From assembly GCA_016280395.1 (NCBI GenBank), contig JAEEGQ010000162.1, positions 1-28,756 on the forward strand: a stretch of 28,756 nt of DNA, read 5' to 3'. The stretch comes from Lachnospiraceae bacterium. GTDB lineage: Bacteria; Bacillota; Clostridia; Lachnospirales; Lachnospiraceae. The notes under the pieces are model-generated. The model saw only the letters and a program-made list of their open reading frames with translations, was not told the origin of the DNA and made no database searches. Both the position numbers and the translations under genes were made by a program. Below, piece after piece: positions 1 through 9,906 of the stretch; the first letter of the stretch is position 1; the number at the start of each line of letters is the position of its first letter.

Positions 1-1160
1 CGCTTTATTACGGAGTAAACGGTGAAAACACTGTTTTTGCATCCGAACCGAAGAACTTAACGGAACTTGTGGAGGAGATAAAACCGTTTCCGCCGGGGTA
101 TTATTTCAAAAACGGAGAGTTCATCCGTTACAGGGATATGACAAAGGTTGACGCGGTCTGCACGGATGATGTTGATACGATAGGAGAAAACATTAACGGG
201 CTCCTGACCGAAGGTGTAAGGAAACGGCTTGATTCTGATGCGCCGGTAGGCTTCCTCCTTTCAGGAGGCCTTGATTCATCGCTTGTGTGCGGGATCGCAG
301 CGAAAATGTCCGATAAGCCGCTAAAGACTTGGGCGATAGGCATGGATACGGATGCCATCGACCTGAAGTATGCACGTGAGGTTGCGGACTACATCGGCTC
401 CGATCATCATGAGGTGATCATTTCAAGAGATGATGTGATCAATGCACTCGAAACCGTGATAGAACTGCTCGCCACCTACGATATCACAACGATAAGAGCG
501 TCGCTAGGCATGTATCTTGTCTGCAAGGCCATCCATGAGACTTCCGATGTCAGGGTGATCCTTACCGGCGAGATCTCGGATGAGCTGTTCGGCTACAAAT
601 ACACGGACTTTGCACCGGATGCCGCAGAGTTTCAAAAGGAAGCCCAAAAAAGGATCGGAGAGATCCATATGTATGATGTTTTAAGGGCGGACCGATGCAT
701 CAGCTCAAACTCGCTTGAAGCGAGAGTGCCCTTTGGGGATCTTAAGTTTGTGAACTATTGCATGGCTGTGGACCCCGAAAAGAAACTTAACCGCTACGGC
801 ATCGGAAAATACCTTTTAAGGCACGCTTTTGAAAAAGACGGGCTGATACCCGACAGGATCCTGTGGCGTGAAAAAGCAGCCTTCTCGGATGCTGTAGGAC
901 ATTCTTTGAAGGACGATCTCACGGAATACGCCGAAAGCTGCTATACGGATGCGGAATTTGAGGAAGGAATAAAGAAATACGTATTTGCCGCGCCGTTCAC
1001 AAAGGAATCCCTGCTGTACCGGGACATCTTCGAAAAATACTATCCCGGACAGGCAGGAATGGTAAAGGATTTCTGGATGCCGAACAAAAACTGGGAGGGC
1101 TGCAATGTTAATGACCCTTCCGCAAGAGTTCTTTCAAACTACGGCGAAAGCGGCAAATAA
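1..1160 (+). CDS. asnB: Asparagine synthetase (glutamine-hydrolysing), C-terminal synthetase domain. It is 5'-partial, since the reading frame stays open back to the window edge.
   Basis: The PP-loop ATP-pyrophosphatase motif SGGLDSS is present. There is no in-frame stop from nt 3 to 1160, so the ORF-track start at 69 (GTG) is internal. The stop is TAA at 1158-1160. Confidence 0.85.
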   Translation, partial: LYYGVNGENTVFASEPKNLTELVEEIKPFPPGYYFKNGEFIRYRDMTKVDAVCTDDVDTIGENINGLLTEGVRKRLDSDAPVGFLLSGGLDSSLVCGIAAKMSDKPLKTWAIGMDTDAIDLKYAREVADYIGSDHHEVIISRDDVINALETVIELLATYDITTIRASLGMYLVCKAIHETSDVRVILTGEISDELFGYKYTDFAPDAAEFQKEAQKRIGEIHMYDVLRADRCISSNSLEARVPFGDLKFVNYCMAVDPEKKLNRYGIGKYLLRHAFEKDGLIPDRILWREKAAFSDAVGHSLKDDLTEYAESCYTDAEFEEGIKKYVFAAPFTKESLLYRDIFEKYYPGQAGMVKDFWMPNKNWEGCNVNDPSARVLSNYGESGK

Positions 1161-1166
1161 ACTTCT

Positions 1167-1209
1167 GAGACAAAGGCGTCTCTGATCTAAGGGGTCAGAG
1201 ACGCTTTTT
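1167..1209 (+). terminator. Intrinsic terminator with an overlapping small hairpin, a candidate attenuator in front of glnN.
   Basis: The stem is gcgtctctga (1176-1185) paired with tcagagacgc (1195-1204), followed by TTTTT. A mutually exclusive 5-bp hairpin gagac-AAAGGC-gtctc (1167-1182) shares the stem's 5' arm. The glnN RBS follows 12 nt later and no promoter is evident. Confidence 0.55.
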
Positions 1210-1234
1210 ATAAAAAAACAAGGAGAAAACGACT

Positions 1235-3334
1235 ATGGAAAAAAAGACTGTACCGGAGCTGTTCGGATCAAAAGTGTTTGATGACAGGGTAATGAAGGCA
1301 AGACTAAACGACAAGGTATACAACTCACTGAAAAAGACTATAGATGAAAATGCCGATCTTGATGAAAAGGTGGCAGAGGCTGTAGCAAAGGAAATGAAGG
1401 CGTGGGCTGTAGAGAACGGTGCCACACATTTTACCCACTGGTTCCAGCCGCTTACCGGCATTACCGCTGAAAAGCACGACAGCTTCATCTCACCTTCACC
1501 CGACGGCGGTGTGATAATGGAGTTTTCAGGCAAGGAACTCATAAAAGGCGAGCCTGATGCATCTTCCTTCCCTTCGGGCGGTCTTCGCGCAACATTCGAG
1601 GCAAGAGGCTATACGGCCTGGGATCCTACATCCTACGCATTTATCAAGGATCATACCCTTTGCATACCGACAGCGTTCTGCTCTTACGGCGGTGACGCTC
1701 TTGATAAAAAGACACCGCTCCTGCGTTCGATGCAGGCCCTTGACAAGCAGGCAAAGAGGATTCTTAAGCTGTTCGGCAAGGAAGTAAAATATGTCCGCAC
1801 AAGTGTCGGTCCCGAGCAGGAGTATTTCCTTATCGACGAGAAGATGTATGAACAGAGGCCGGACCTTAAATATACGGGCCGCACGCTTTTCGGGGCCATG
1901 CCTCCAAAGGGCCAGGAGCTTGACGATCATTACTTTGGAGCCATCAAGCCGAGAGTAACGGCATTTATGGAAGAGCTGAACGAAGAGCTCTGGAAGCTTG
2001 GGATACTTGCAAAAACGGAGCATAACGAGGTCGCTCCGGCGCAGCATGAGCTTGCACCGATCTTCTCAACCACAAACGTTGCCACGGACAAGAACCAGCT
2101 TACCATGGAGATAATGCAGAAGGTTGCAAGAAAGCACGGAATGGTATGCCTGCTCCATGAGAAACCTTTTGCAGGTGTTAACGGTTCCGGTAAGCACAAC
2201 AACTGGTCCATGGCCACAAACGAAGGCGTAAACCTTTTGTCACCGGGCGAGACTCCTCATGAAAATGCACAGTTCCTGCTTTTCCTTTGTGCGGTCATCA
2301 AGGCCGTTGACGATTATCAGGATCTGCTGAGGCTTTCGGTTGCCACGGCCGGAAACGACCACAGGCTCGGAGCAAACGAGGCACCGCCCGCCATCATATC
2401 CATGTTCCTTGGCGATGAGCTGACAGCCATCCTCGACGCTATCAAGAACGATACCCCTTATGTGGGCAAAGAAAAGGAAGTACTGAAGCTTGGAGTACAT
2501 GTCCTGCCAAGATTCTCACGGGATACCACCGACAGGAACAGGACATCGCCTTTTGCTTTCACCGGGAATAAATTTGAGTTCAGATCCCTCGGTTCATCAA
2601 ACAGCATCGCCTGCTGCAACATCATGCTCAATGCTGCCGTTGCGGAAAGCCTTAAGATCTTTGCCGAAAGGCTCGAAGGCGCAAAGAACTTTGATGATGA
2701 GCTCCACGCCCTGATAAAGGAGACCATAAGAGATCATGAGAGGATACTCTTTAACGGCAACGGTTACACGGATGCCTGGGTAAAGGAAGCCACCGAAGTG
2801 AGGGGCCTTTCCAACTACAAGACGACTCCCGACGCAATGCCGCATCTTCTCGACAAGAAGAACATGGACATGCTCATGGCCCACAAGGTGTTCACTGAAA
2901 CCGAGCTTAAATCCAGATGCGAGATCATGCTCGAGAACTATTGCAAGACAGTGAGCATTGAAGCGCACACCATGGTGGATATGGTAAGAAAGAGCTATCT
3001 GCCGGCCATTGAAGGCTACCTTTACAACCTTGCAAAGACCACGTCTCTTATGAAGTCGGTAAGCAGCAATGTCAAATGCAATTACGAGATATCAACGATG
3101 GAACGCCTTTCGGAGCTTACGGATTACATCCTTGAGCGCGTAAAGGATCTCGAAAAGGCGCTTGAGGAGCTTAAGAGCTTTGACAGTGTTCTAAAGACGT
3201 CAGAGTTTATCAGGGACGATCTTATCCCGAAGATGGAACATTTAAGGAAACATGTAGATGAGGCAGAGATGCTTTCGAGCGAGGAATGCTGGCCGTTCCC
3301 GAGCTACGGTAAATTACTTTTCAGTGTTTATTAA
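1235..3334 (+). CDS. glnN: Glutamine synthetase type III (GSIII).
   Basis: 699 aa is typical GSIII size. The N-terminus has the form ...[15 protein letters not shown]..., characteristic of Bacteroides and Ruminococcus GSIII. The RBS is AAGGAG at 1220-1225. Confidence 0.85.
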   Translation: MEKKTVPELFGSKVFDDRVMKARLNDKVYNSLKKTIDENADLDEKVAEAVAKEMKAWAVENGATHFTHWFQPLTGITAEKHDSFISPSPDGGVIMEFSGKELIKGEPDASSFPSGGLRATFEARGYTAWDPTSYAFIKDHTLCIPTAFCSYGGDALDKKTPLLRSMQALDKQAKRILKLFGKEVKYVRTSVGPEQEYFLIDEKMYEQRPDLKYTGRTLFGAMPPKGQELDDHYFGAIKPRVTAFMEELNEELWKLGILAKTEHNEVAPAQHELAPIFSTTNVATDKNQLTMEIMQKVARKHGMVCLLHEKPFAGVNGSGKHNNWSMATNEGVNLLSPGETPHENAQFLLFLCAVIKAVDDYQDLLRLSVATAGNDHRLGANEAPPAIISMFLGDELTAILDAIKNDTPYVGKEKEVLKLGVHVLPRFSRDTTDRNRTSPFAFTGNKFEFRSLGSSNSIACCNIMLNAAVAESLKIFAERLEGAKNFDDELHALIKETIRDHERILFNGNGYTDAWVKEATEVRGLSNYKTTPDAMPHLLDKKNMDMLMAHKVFTETELKSRCEIMLENYCKTVSIEAHTMVDMVRKSYLPAIEGYLYNLAKTTSLMKSVSSNVKCNYEISTMERLSELTDYILERVKDLEKALEELKSFDSVLKTSEFIRDDLIPKMEHLRKHVDEAEMLSSEECWPFPSYGKLLFSVY

Positions 3335-3348
3335 AACGTGATACAAAG

Positions 3349-3390
3349 TCATCCCACAACGGCGTGGAACTGTTGCGGGGTGGCTTCTTT
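3349..3390 (+). terminator. Intrinsic terminator or attenuator between glnN and amt.
   Basis: A stem of about 12 bp (tcatcccacaac paired with gttgcggggtgg, one mismatch and two G-U pairs) is followed by cttcTTTTTT. A nested small hairpin ccac-AACGGC-gtgg lies at 3354-3367. The RBS AGGAGG follows directly. Confidence 0.5.
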
Positions 3391-3407
3391 TTTAGGAGGA
3401 TAAAGTT

Positions 3408-5189
3408 ATGACAGAAGAGATCATGAAGTTATTTGAAGGCCTTGACGGCGAGATTTTTGCGGTGTGGTTCCTTATCGGAGCGGCCCTGGTGTTCTGGATG
3501 CAGGCCGGCTTTGCGATGTGCGAAGCGGGTTTTACAAGGGCAAAGAACTCCGGAAACATCATTATGAAAAACCTTATGGATTTCTGTATCGGTACCGTGA
3601 TGTGGTTTATCTGCGGCGCTTCGCTGATGCTCGGGAAAAACGTTCTCGGCGGCTTTTCCGGCAGCATAAACTTTGATGTTTTCACCAAATACGGTGATTT
3701 CGATTATTCCATGTTTGTATTCAACCTTGTGTTCTGCGCAACGACAGCTACAATAGTTTCGGGTTCCATGGCTGAGAGGACGAAATTTTCAAGCTATTGC
3801 GTCTATTCTGCAGTGATCTCGGCTGTTATCTATCCGATCGAGGCACACTGGACCTGGGGCGGCGGATTCCTTGCCGACTGGGGATTCCACGATTATGCGG
3901 GGTCCAACTGTATCCACATGGTAGGCGGTATCTGTGCATTTATCGGCGCATGGATGCTTGGACCGCGCATCGGCAAGTTTGAGCGCGACAGCAAAGGCAA
4001 AGTAACAAAAGTAAACGCATTTCCCGGTCACAACCTTGTGATCGCGGCTCTGGGCGTGTTCATCCTGTGGCTCGGCTGGTACGGCTTCAACGGTGCTGCC
4101 GCAACGGATGTTGCTACACTCGGTTCCGTTTTCCTTACAACAACCGTTGCTCCTGCCGTTGCCACTGTTGTCTGTATGATATTTACCTGGGTAAAATACG
4201 GAAAACCCGATGTTTCCATGTGCCTCAACGCCTCACTTGCAGGTCTTGTCGCGATCACCGCGCCATGTGACGTGACGGATTGCGCAGGCTCAGCGATCAT
4301 CGGTGCCGTAGCCGGACTCCTCGTGGTCTTCGGTGTCTGGTTCAACGACAATGTAACCCATGTGGATGACCCCGTTGGTGCCGTTGCGGTACATATGCTC
4401 AACGGTATCTGGGGTACGGTTGCTGTAGGTCTCTTTGCTACGGACACAGCTCCGGGATTTGCGCTTGCGGGGATTGAAAAAGGCCTTTTCTACGGAGGCG
4501 GTGTAAAGCAGCTCGGACTGCAGTTTGCCGGCATGGGTATCACTGCGGCATGGACCGTTGTTACCATTCTTATCGCATTCTTCATCATCAAAAAGACTAT
4601 CGGGCTCAGGGTATCCGAAGAAGAGGAGATCACGGGTCTTGACGCTACGGAACACGGGCTTCCTTCAGCTTACGCAGGCTTTTCGATCATGGATATTTCC
4701 AACACCATGACCATGAGCGTAAACGAAAATACAAACCTCGGAACGGATTCTTACGCCGACGCATCGAAGGCACAGAAGATGGCAGCGGTACCTGTCGTAA
4801 GAGCGGATGAGGGGATACCGAAAGACTTCTCCACAGGCATGTCAAAGGTTGTCATCATCGCAAAGCTTTCAAGATATGAAGTCTTAAAACGTGCCATGAA
4901 CGATCTTGGTGTAACAGGCATGACCGTTACCCAGGTTATGGGCTGCGGCGTCCAGAAAGGCGCCGGTGAGAAATACCGCGGAGTTGAGATCGACGCAACG
5001 CTGCTTCCGAAAGTCAAACTTGAAGTGGTTGTCAGCGAGATCCCTGTGGACGCTGTTATTGAAGCCGCCAAGAAGGCACTTTATACCGGACACATCGGCG
5101 ATGGCAAGATATTCGTATACCCTGTCAGCAGAGTCGTTAAGATCCGCACGGGTGAAGAGAATGCCGCCGCTCTGCAGGATGTGGAATGA
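3408..5189 (+). CDS. amt: Ammonium transporter (Amt/MEP family) fused in frame to a C-terminal P-II (GlnB/GlnK-type) nitrogen regulatory domain.
   Basis: The N-terminal about 440 aa are a polytopic membrane protein of Amt type. The last about 115 aa (MSKVVIIAKL...GVQKGAGEKYRGVEIDATLLPKVKLEVVV...GDGKIFV) are a canonical P-II fold with a T-loop Tyr. There is no stop or internal RBS between the two domains. Confidence 0.85.
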   Translation: MTEEIMKLFEGLDGEIFAVWFLIGAALVFWMQAGFAMCEAGFTRAKNSGNIIMKNLMDFCIGTVMWFICGASLMLGKNVLGGFSGSINFDVFTKYGDFDYSMFVFNLVFCATTATIVSGSMAERTKFSSYCVYSAVISAVIYPIEAHWTWGGGFLADWGFHDYAGSNCIHMVGGICAFIGAWMLGPRIGKFERDSKGKVTKVNAFPGHNLVIAALGVFILWLGWYGFNGAAATDVATLGSVFLTTTVAPAVATVVCMIFTWVKYGKPDVSMCLNASLAGLVAITAPCDVTDCAGSAIIGAVAGLLVVFGVWFNDNVTHVDDPVGAVAVHMLNGIWGTVAVGLFATDTAPGFALAGIEKGLFYGGGVKQLGLQFAGMGITAAWTVVTILIAFFIIKKTIGLRVSEEEEITGLDATEHGLPSAYAGFSIMDISNTMTMSVNENTNLGTDSYADASKAQKMAAVPVVRADEGIPKDFSTGMSKVVIIAKLSRYEVLKRAMNDLGVTGMTVTQVMGCGVQKGAGEKYRGVEIDATLLPKVKLEVVVSEIPVDAVIEAAKKALYTGHIGDGKIFVYPVSRVVKIRTGEENAAALQDVE

Positions 5190-5203
5190 ACAGAAAAAAA
5201 TGC

Positions 5204-5232
5204 TTGACATTCTGTTGCGATAGAGCTATCAT
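5204..5232 (+). promoter_or_regulatory. Sigma-A type promoter for gltBD.
   Basis: TTGACA lies at 5204-5209, a 17-nt spacer follows, and TATCAT lies at 5227-5232. An inverted repeat AACAGAA (5189-5195) and TTCTGTT (5210-5216) flanks the -35 box. Confidence 0.5.
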
Positions 5233-5240
5233 CACAGAAT

Positions 5241-5323
5241 AAAGGCAAAGGCGTCTTGGATGAGTCCAAGGCGCCCTTTTTTTAGGCAAAGGCGCCACGT
5301 TTGGTCGTGGTGTCTCTTTTTTT
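5241..5323 (+). promoter_or_regulatory. gltB leader with three AAAGGC hexamers and two tandem intrinsic-terminator hairpins. It is a candidate transcription-attenuation leader.
   Basis: AAAGGC occurs at 5241, 5247 and 5288. Terminator 1 is ggcgtcttgg-atgagt-ccaaggcgcc followed by T7 (5250-5283). Terminator 2 is gcgccacg-tttggt-cgtggtgt followed by ctcT7 (5292-5323). The gltB RBS GGAGG is at 5342-5346. Confidence 0.55.
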
Positions 5324-5352
5324 AGGATATCTGAGTCGTATGGAGGTAAGTG

Positions 5353-8300
5353 ATGTCGGGACTTTTTAAAACCATTGCGGAAAAAGGGCTGTATTCGGAC
5401 AGCTTTGAACATGATAACTGCGGTATCGGAGCCATCATAGATATTGAGGGCAGGGCCAGCCACGGCATAGTCTGCGATGCGTTATCCATAGTTGAAAACC
5501 TTGAACACAGGGCCGGGAAGGATGCAGACGGTAAGGTGGGGGACGGCGTCGGAATCCTGACCCAGATCCCTCACAGATTCTTTGTAAAGAAGCTCGCCGA
5601 ACAGGGGGTGACACTCGGCGGACCGCGCTCCTACGGTGTCGGCATGTTCTTTTTCCCTGCAAAGGACCTTGATATGCGCCAGGCAAGGTCTTTGTTTGAG
5701 ATCATAACAGGGAAGGCGGGCCTTAAGATACTTGCATGGCGGAAGGTGGATTCCGCGCCGGAAGTGCTCGGTGAAAAAGCAAGGAACTGTATGCCGGGGA
5801 TCTGTCAGGTGTTTATAGAACGTCCTTCACGTGCCAAGACCGATCTTGATTTTGACCGTATGCTCTACGTGATAAGACGCGAATTTGAACAGAGCTGTGT
5901 AAATACCTATGTTCCTTCGCTTTCCTGCAGAACGATAGTGTACAAGGGCATGTTCCTTGTGGGACAGCTGCGGTCTTTTTACAGGGACCTTGAGGATGAG
6001 GACTATGAGTCCGCTATAGCCATGGTCCACTCACGCTTCTCAACAAATACCGAACCAAGCTGGAACCGTGCGCATCCTAACCGCCTTCTTGTGCATAACG
6101 GCGAGATAAATACCATAAAGGGCAATGCCGACAAGATGCTCGCGAGGGAAGAGACCATGCATACCGCGGCCTTCAGCGATGAGGATATGACAAAGGTGCT
6201 TCCTGTGATACACATGAGCGGTTCGGATTCCGCAATGCTTGACAACACCCTTGAATTCCTGCTCATGAGCGGTCTTGATCTTCCGCTTGCGGCTATGATA
6301 CTTGTCCCGGAACCCTGGTCGCACAACGAAACGCTTTCAGCGGAGGAACGGGACTTTTACCAGTATTACGCGACCATGATGGAGCCCTGGGACGGACCGG
6401 CATCGATCCTTTTCTCCGACGGCGACTCCATGGGTGCGATCCTTGACCGCAACGGTCTTAGACCTTCAAGGTATCTTGTGACGGACGACGGCAGGCTTAT
6501 CCTGTCCTCCGAGGCGGGTGTACTGCCTGTGGACGAAAAGCATATCATCAAAAAAGAACGCCTTCATCCGGGTAAGATCCTTCTTGCGGACACTAAAACA
6601 AAGCGGATATATTACGACGAAGAATTAAAGGAAAAGTATGCCCTGTCAAGCCCTTACGGCGAGTGGCTTGACAGCAATCTTCTTGCCTTAAGGGAGCTTA
6701 AGATACCTAACAAAAAAGTGACTGAGCTTTCCGGAGACTACAGAAAAAAACTTCAGAAGGCATTCGGCTATACCTGGGAGGATTACCGCGACGGAATACG
6801 CAGCATGGCGCTCACGGGGGCCGAACAGATAGGCTCGATGGGCGTGGATACGCCGCTTGCTGTGCTGTCTGACAGTTACCAGCCGCTGTTTTATTATTTT
6901 AAGCAGCAGTTTGCCCAGGTGACAAATCCGCCGATAGATGCACAGCGTGAAGAAATAGTTACCTCAAGGACGGTCTATCTTGGGAAAAACGGAAACCTGC
7001 TTCAGGAAAAGCCCGAAAACTGCCATGTATTAAAGATCAACAATCCGATCCTCACGGATCTCGATCTCCTTAAGATCGAAAACATGAAGCATGAGGGCTT
7101 TACGGTCGCAAAGATTTCGACTCTCTTTTATAAGAGCACGCCCATGAAACGTGTGCTCAAGCAGCTTTTCATAGAGGTTGACAAGGCCTACAGGAACGGC
7201 GCGAATATCCTGATCCTTTCGGACCGGGGCATGGACGAGAACCATGTTGCGATCCCCTCGCTCCTTGCGGTTGCCGCCGTTCACAGACATCTTGTTGATA
7301 CAAGAAAATGCACTGCCATGTCGCTGATCCTTGAATCAGGCGAACCAAGGCAGGTACACCATTTCGCAACTCTCCTCGGATACGGCGCTTCGGCGGTAAA
7401 TCCGTATCTTGCGCATGCCTCGATAATGGAGCTTATCGAGGACGGCCTTCTTGACAAGGATTATTATGCCGCAGTGCAGGATTACGATAATGCGATCCTG
7501 TTCGGGATAGTAAAGATCGCTTCAAAGATGGGCATTTCCACGATACAGTCCTATCAGGGCAGCAAGATGTTTGAAGCCGTGGGGATATCATCTGAAGTGA
7601 CTGACGAGTATTTTACAGGCACTGTAAGCCGTATCGGCGGCATCACCCTGGATGATATCGGAAGAGCGACCGACGAACAGCACAGCAGGGCCTTCGATCC
7701 CCTTGGACTTGCGGCAGACACGGAGCTTAAGGCTTTTGGACGACACAAGGAGAGGAGCGGGGGCGAAAGCCACAGATATAACCCGGAGACCATACATGCG
7801 CTCCAGGCAGCAACACGTGAAGGTGATTATGCGAAATTCAAACAATACACAAAGCTTGCAGATACCGAAAAAACGGGATATTTAAGGTCTCTTCTGGATC
7901 TTGTGCCGGAAGGCCCGGAAGTGCCGCTTGAAGAAGTTGAGCCGGAAGAGGAGATAGTAAAAAGGTTCAAGACCGGTGCCATGTCTTACGGTTCCATATC
8001 GCAGGAAGCTCACGAAACGCTTGCTGTCGCAATGAACCGCCTGCACGGAAAGTCCAACAGCGGTGAAGGCGGTGAAAGTGACGAAAGACTTAGTACCGGG
8101 GAATACGAAAATGAGAAAAATTCCGCTATAAAGCAGGTTGCGAGCGGACGTTTCGGTGTTACCGGGAAATATCTTGTAAGCGCAAAGGAACTCCAGATCA
8201 AGATGGCGCAGGGCGCAAAGCCCGGTGAAGGCGGTCATCTGCCGGGAAAGAAGGTGTACCCGTGGATAGCAAAGACAAGGCACTCCACACCCGGTGTGAG

Positions 8301-9906
8301 CCTTATCTCTCCGCCGCCTCATCATGATATTTATTCCATAGAGGATCTGGCACAGCTTATCTATGATCTGAAAAATGCGAATAAAAACGCAAGGATCTCG
8401 GTAAAACTCGTATCCGAGGCAGGAGTCGGGACTGTGGCCGCAGGTGTTGCAAAGGCCGGAGCTGGAGTTATCCTCATCTCGGGATATGATGGCGGAACCG
8501 GAGCGGCGCCGCTCTCATCCATACATAATGCCGGACTCCCGTGGGAAATGGGTCTTGCCGAGACACACCAGACGCTTGTTGCAAACGGTCTCAGGAACCG
8601 TGTCGTTATCGAGACGGACGGAAAGCTCATGACCGGCAGGGATGTGGCTATAGCTGCAATCCTCGGAGCGGAGGAGTTCGGTTTTGCAACGGCACCGCTT
8701 GTAACAATGGGCTGTGTGATGATGCGTGTATGCCAGTCGGATACATGTCCTATGGGCATAGCCACCCAGAATCCGGAATTAAGAAAGCGCTTCAGGGGTA
8801 AGCCCGAATATGTGGAAAACTTCATGCGCTTTATCGCAAGGGAATTAAGAGAGATCATGGCCAAACTGGGCGTTAGGAGCATCAATGAGCTGGTTGGGCG
8901 CACAGATCTCCTGAAGGTAAAGGATTCTGCAGGAAACGCAGCTAAGCTGAACCTTTCAAGGATACTTCCTTCCATCGGGGGATTACACGGCAGCAAGGCC
9001 ATATTCGATCCTTCAAGAAGCTTTGATTTCAAGCTTGACAAGACGCCTGATGAAAGTGTGCTCCTTGCTTCAAAGGCGGTCAGAAAGTCGCTTGAAAAAG
9101 GCGAAAAAAGCAGTATCAGGATAAATGTGAAGAATACAGACAGGACCTTCGGAACGCTCCTTGGCGCGGAAATAACAAGGCGGTATCCGGACGGACTTGA
9201 AACGGACACGATAACGGTGGATTGTCTGGGTGCCGGAGGACAGAGCTTTGGCGCGTTCATTCCAAAGGGGTTAAGGCTCGATCTTACCGGTGAGAGCAAC
9301 GATTATTTCGGGAAAGGGCTTTCGGGCGGTACTCTTGTTGTTAAAGCGCCAAAGGAAGCAAAGTACGATCCGTCAAAGAACATCATCATAGGCAATGTCG
9401 CACTGTACGGGGCAACATCCGGAAAGGCTTTTGTGGCGGGAATGGCTGGCGAGCGTTTCGCAATAAGGAATTCCGGCGCAAGGGCTGTTGTCGAAGGTGT
9501 CGGAGAGCACGGCTGCGAATATATGACAGGCGGCTGCGTTGTTATCCTCGGACCGACCGGAAAGAATTTTGCGGCCGGTATGAGCGGCGGGGTAGCATAT
9601 GTTCTTGACGAAGAAAATAAGCTCTATAAAAACCTGAACAAGCAGCTTGTTACCATGGAGAATGTGGAAAACAGGAATGACAGGGAGGAATTAAAGAAGC
9701 TTATCGAGGAGCATGTCGCATCCACAGGTTCCGCTAAGGGTAAAGCGATCCTTGAAGCTTTTGACTCTTATGTTGACCACTTCAAAAAGATAATCCCCAC
9801 GGATTACAAGGAAATGCTCAGGCTTATACTTATGAACGAGGAAAACGGGCTTGACGGTGAAACGGCAAAGATCGAGGCATTTAAGACTTTCGTCGGAGGT
9901 GTGTGA
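5353..9906 (+). CDS. gltB: Glutamate synthase large subunit.
   Basis: The protein is about 1517 aa. It has an N-terminal Ntn amidotransferase Cys, FMN and Fe-S central and C-terminal domains, and a G-rich C-terminal repeat region. The start ATG at 5353 lies 6 nt after GGAGG. Confidence 0.92.
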   Translation: MSGLFKTIAEKGLYSDSFEHDNCGIGAIIDIEGRASHGIVCDALSIVENLEHRAGKDADGKVGDGVGILTQIPHRFFVKKLAEQGVTLGGPRSYGVGMFFFPAKDLDMRQARSLFEIITGKAGLKILAWRKVDSAPEVLGEKARNCMPGICQVFIERPSRAKTDLDFDRMLYVIRREFEQSCVNTYVPSLSCRTIVYKGMFLVGQLRSFYRDLEDEDYESAIAMVHSRFSTNTEPSWNRAHPNRLLVHNGEINTIKGNADKMLAREETMHTAAFSDEDMTKVLPVIHMSGSDSAMLDNTLEFLLMSGLDLPLAAMILVPEPWSHNETLSAEERDFYQYYATMMEPWDGPASILFSDGDSMGAILDRNGLRPSRYLVTDDGRLILSSEAGVLPVDEKHIIKKERLHPGKILLADTKTKRIYYDEELKEKYALSSPYGEWLDSNLLALRELKIPNKKVTELSGDYRKKLQKAFGYTWEDYRDGIRSMALTGAEQIGSMGVDTPLAVLSDSYQPLFYYFKQQFAQVTNPPIDAQREEIVTSRTVYLGKNGNLLQEKPENCHVLKINNPILTDLDLLKIENMKHEGFTVAKISTLFYKSTPMKRVLKQLFIEVDKAYRNGANILILSDRGMDENHVAIPSLLAVAAVHRHLVDTRKCTAMSLILESGEPRQVHHFATLLGYGASAVNPYLAHASIMELIEDGLLDKDYYAAVQDYDNAILFGIVKIASKMGISTIQSYQGSKMFEAVGISSEVTDEYFTGTVSRIGGITLDDIGRATDEQHSRAFDPLGLAADTELKAFGRHKERSGGESHRYNPETIHALQAATREGDYAKFKQYTKLADTEKTGYLRSLLDLVPEGPEVPLEEVEPEEEIVKRFKTGAMSYGSISQEAHETLAVAMNRLHGKSNSGEGGESDERLSTGEYENEKNSAIKQVASGRFGVTGKYLVSAKELQIKMAQGAKPGEGGHLPGKKVYPWIAKTRHSTPGVSLISPPPHHDIYSIEDLAQLIYDLKNANKNARISVKLVSEAGVGTVAAGVAKAGAGVILISGYDGGTGAAPLSSIHNAGLPWEMGLAETHQTLVANGLRNRVVIETDGKLMTGRDVAIAAILGAEEFGFATAPLVTMGCVMMRVCQSDTCPMGIATQNPELRKRFRGKPEYVENFMRFIARELREIMAKLGVRSINELVGRTDLLKVKDSAGNAAKLNLSRILPSIGGLHGSKAIFDPSRSFDFKLDKTPDESVLLASKAVRKSLEKGEKSSIRINVKNTDRTFGTLLGAEITRRYPDGLETDTITVDCLGAGGQSFGAFIPKGLRLDLTGESNDYFGKGLSGGTLVVKAPKEAKYDPSKNIIIGNVALYGATSGKAFVAGMAGERFAIRNSGARAVVEGVGEHGCEYMTGGCVVILGPTGKNFAAGMSGGVAYVLDEENKLYKNLNKQLVTMENVENRNDREELKKLIEEHVASTGSAKGKAILEAFDSYVDHFKKIIPTDYKEMLRLILMNEENGLDGETAKIEAFKTFVGGV

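Noticed and set aside
1161-5240. GlnR/TnrA boxes (TGTNA-N7-TNACA) or a glutamine riboswitch upstream of glnN, amt and gltB.
   Set aside because: No such dyad is visible in the three leaders. The leaders are too short (about 75 nt) for a glnA-type riboswitch. The AAMGGCG plus terminator arrangement explains the space.
8361-9299. 312-aa minus-strand ORF inside gltB. Similar long antisense ORFs lie in carB (15340-16239 and 15999-16661), guaA (19111-19911), pyrG (12354-12953), carA (13059-13577) and the amt gene (4028-4447).
   Set aside because: These are shadow ORFs antisense to strongly supported conserved genes. Their translations are Ser/Pro/Arg-rich and low-complexity, with no RBS or promoter context.
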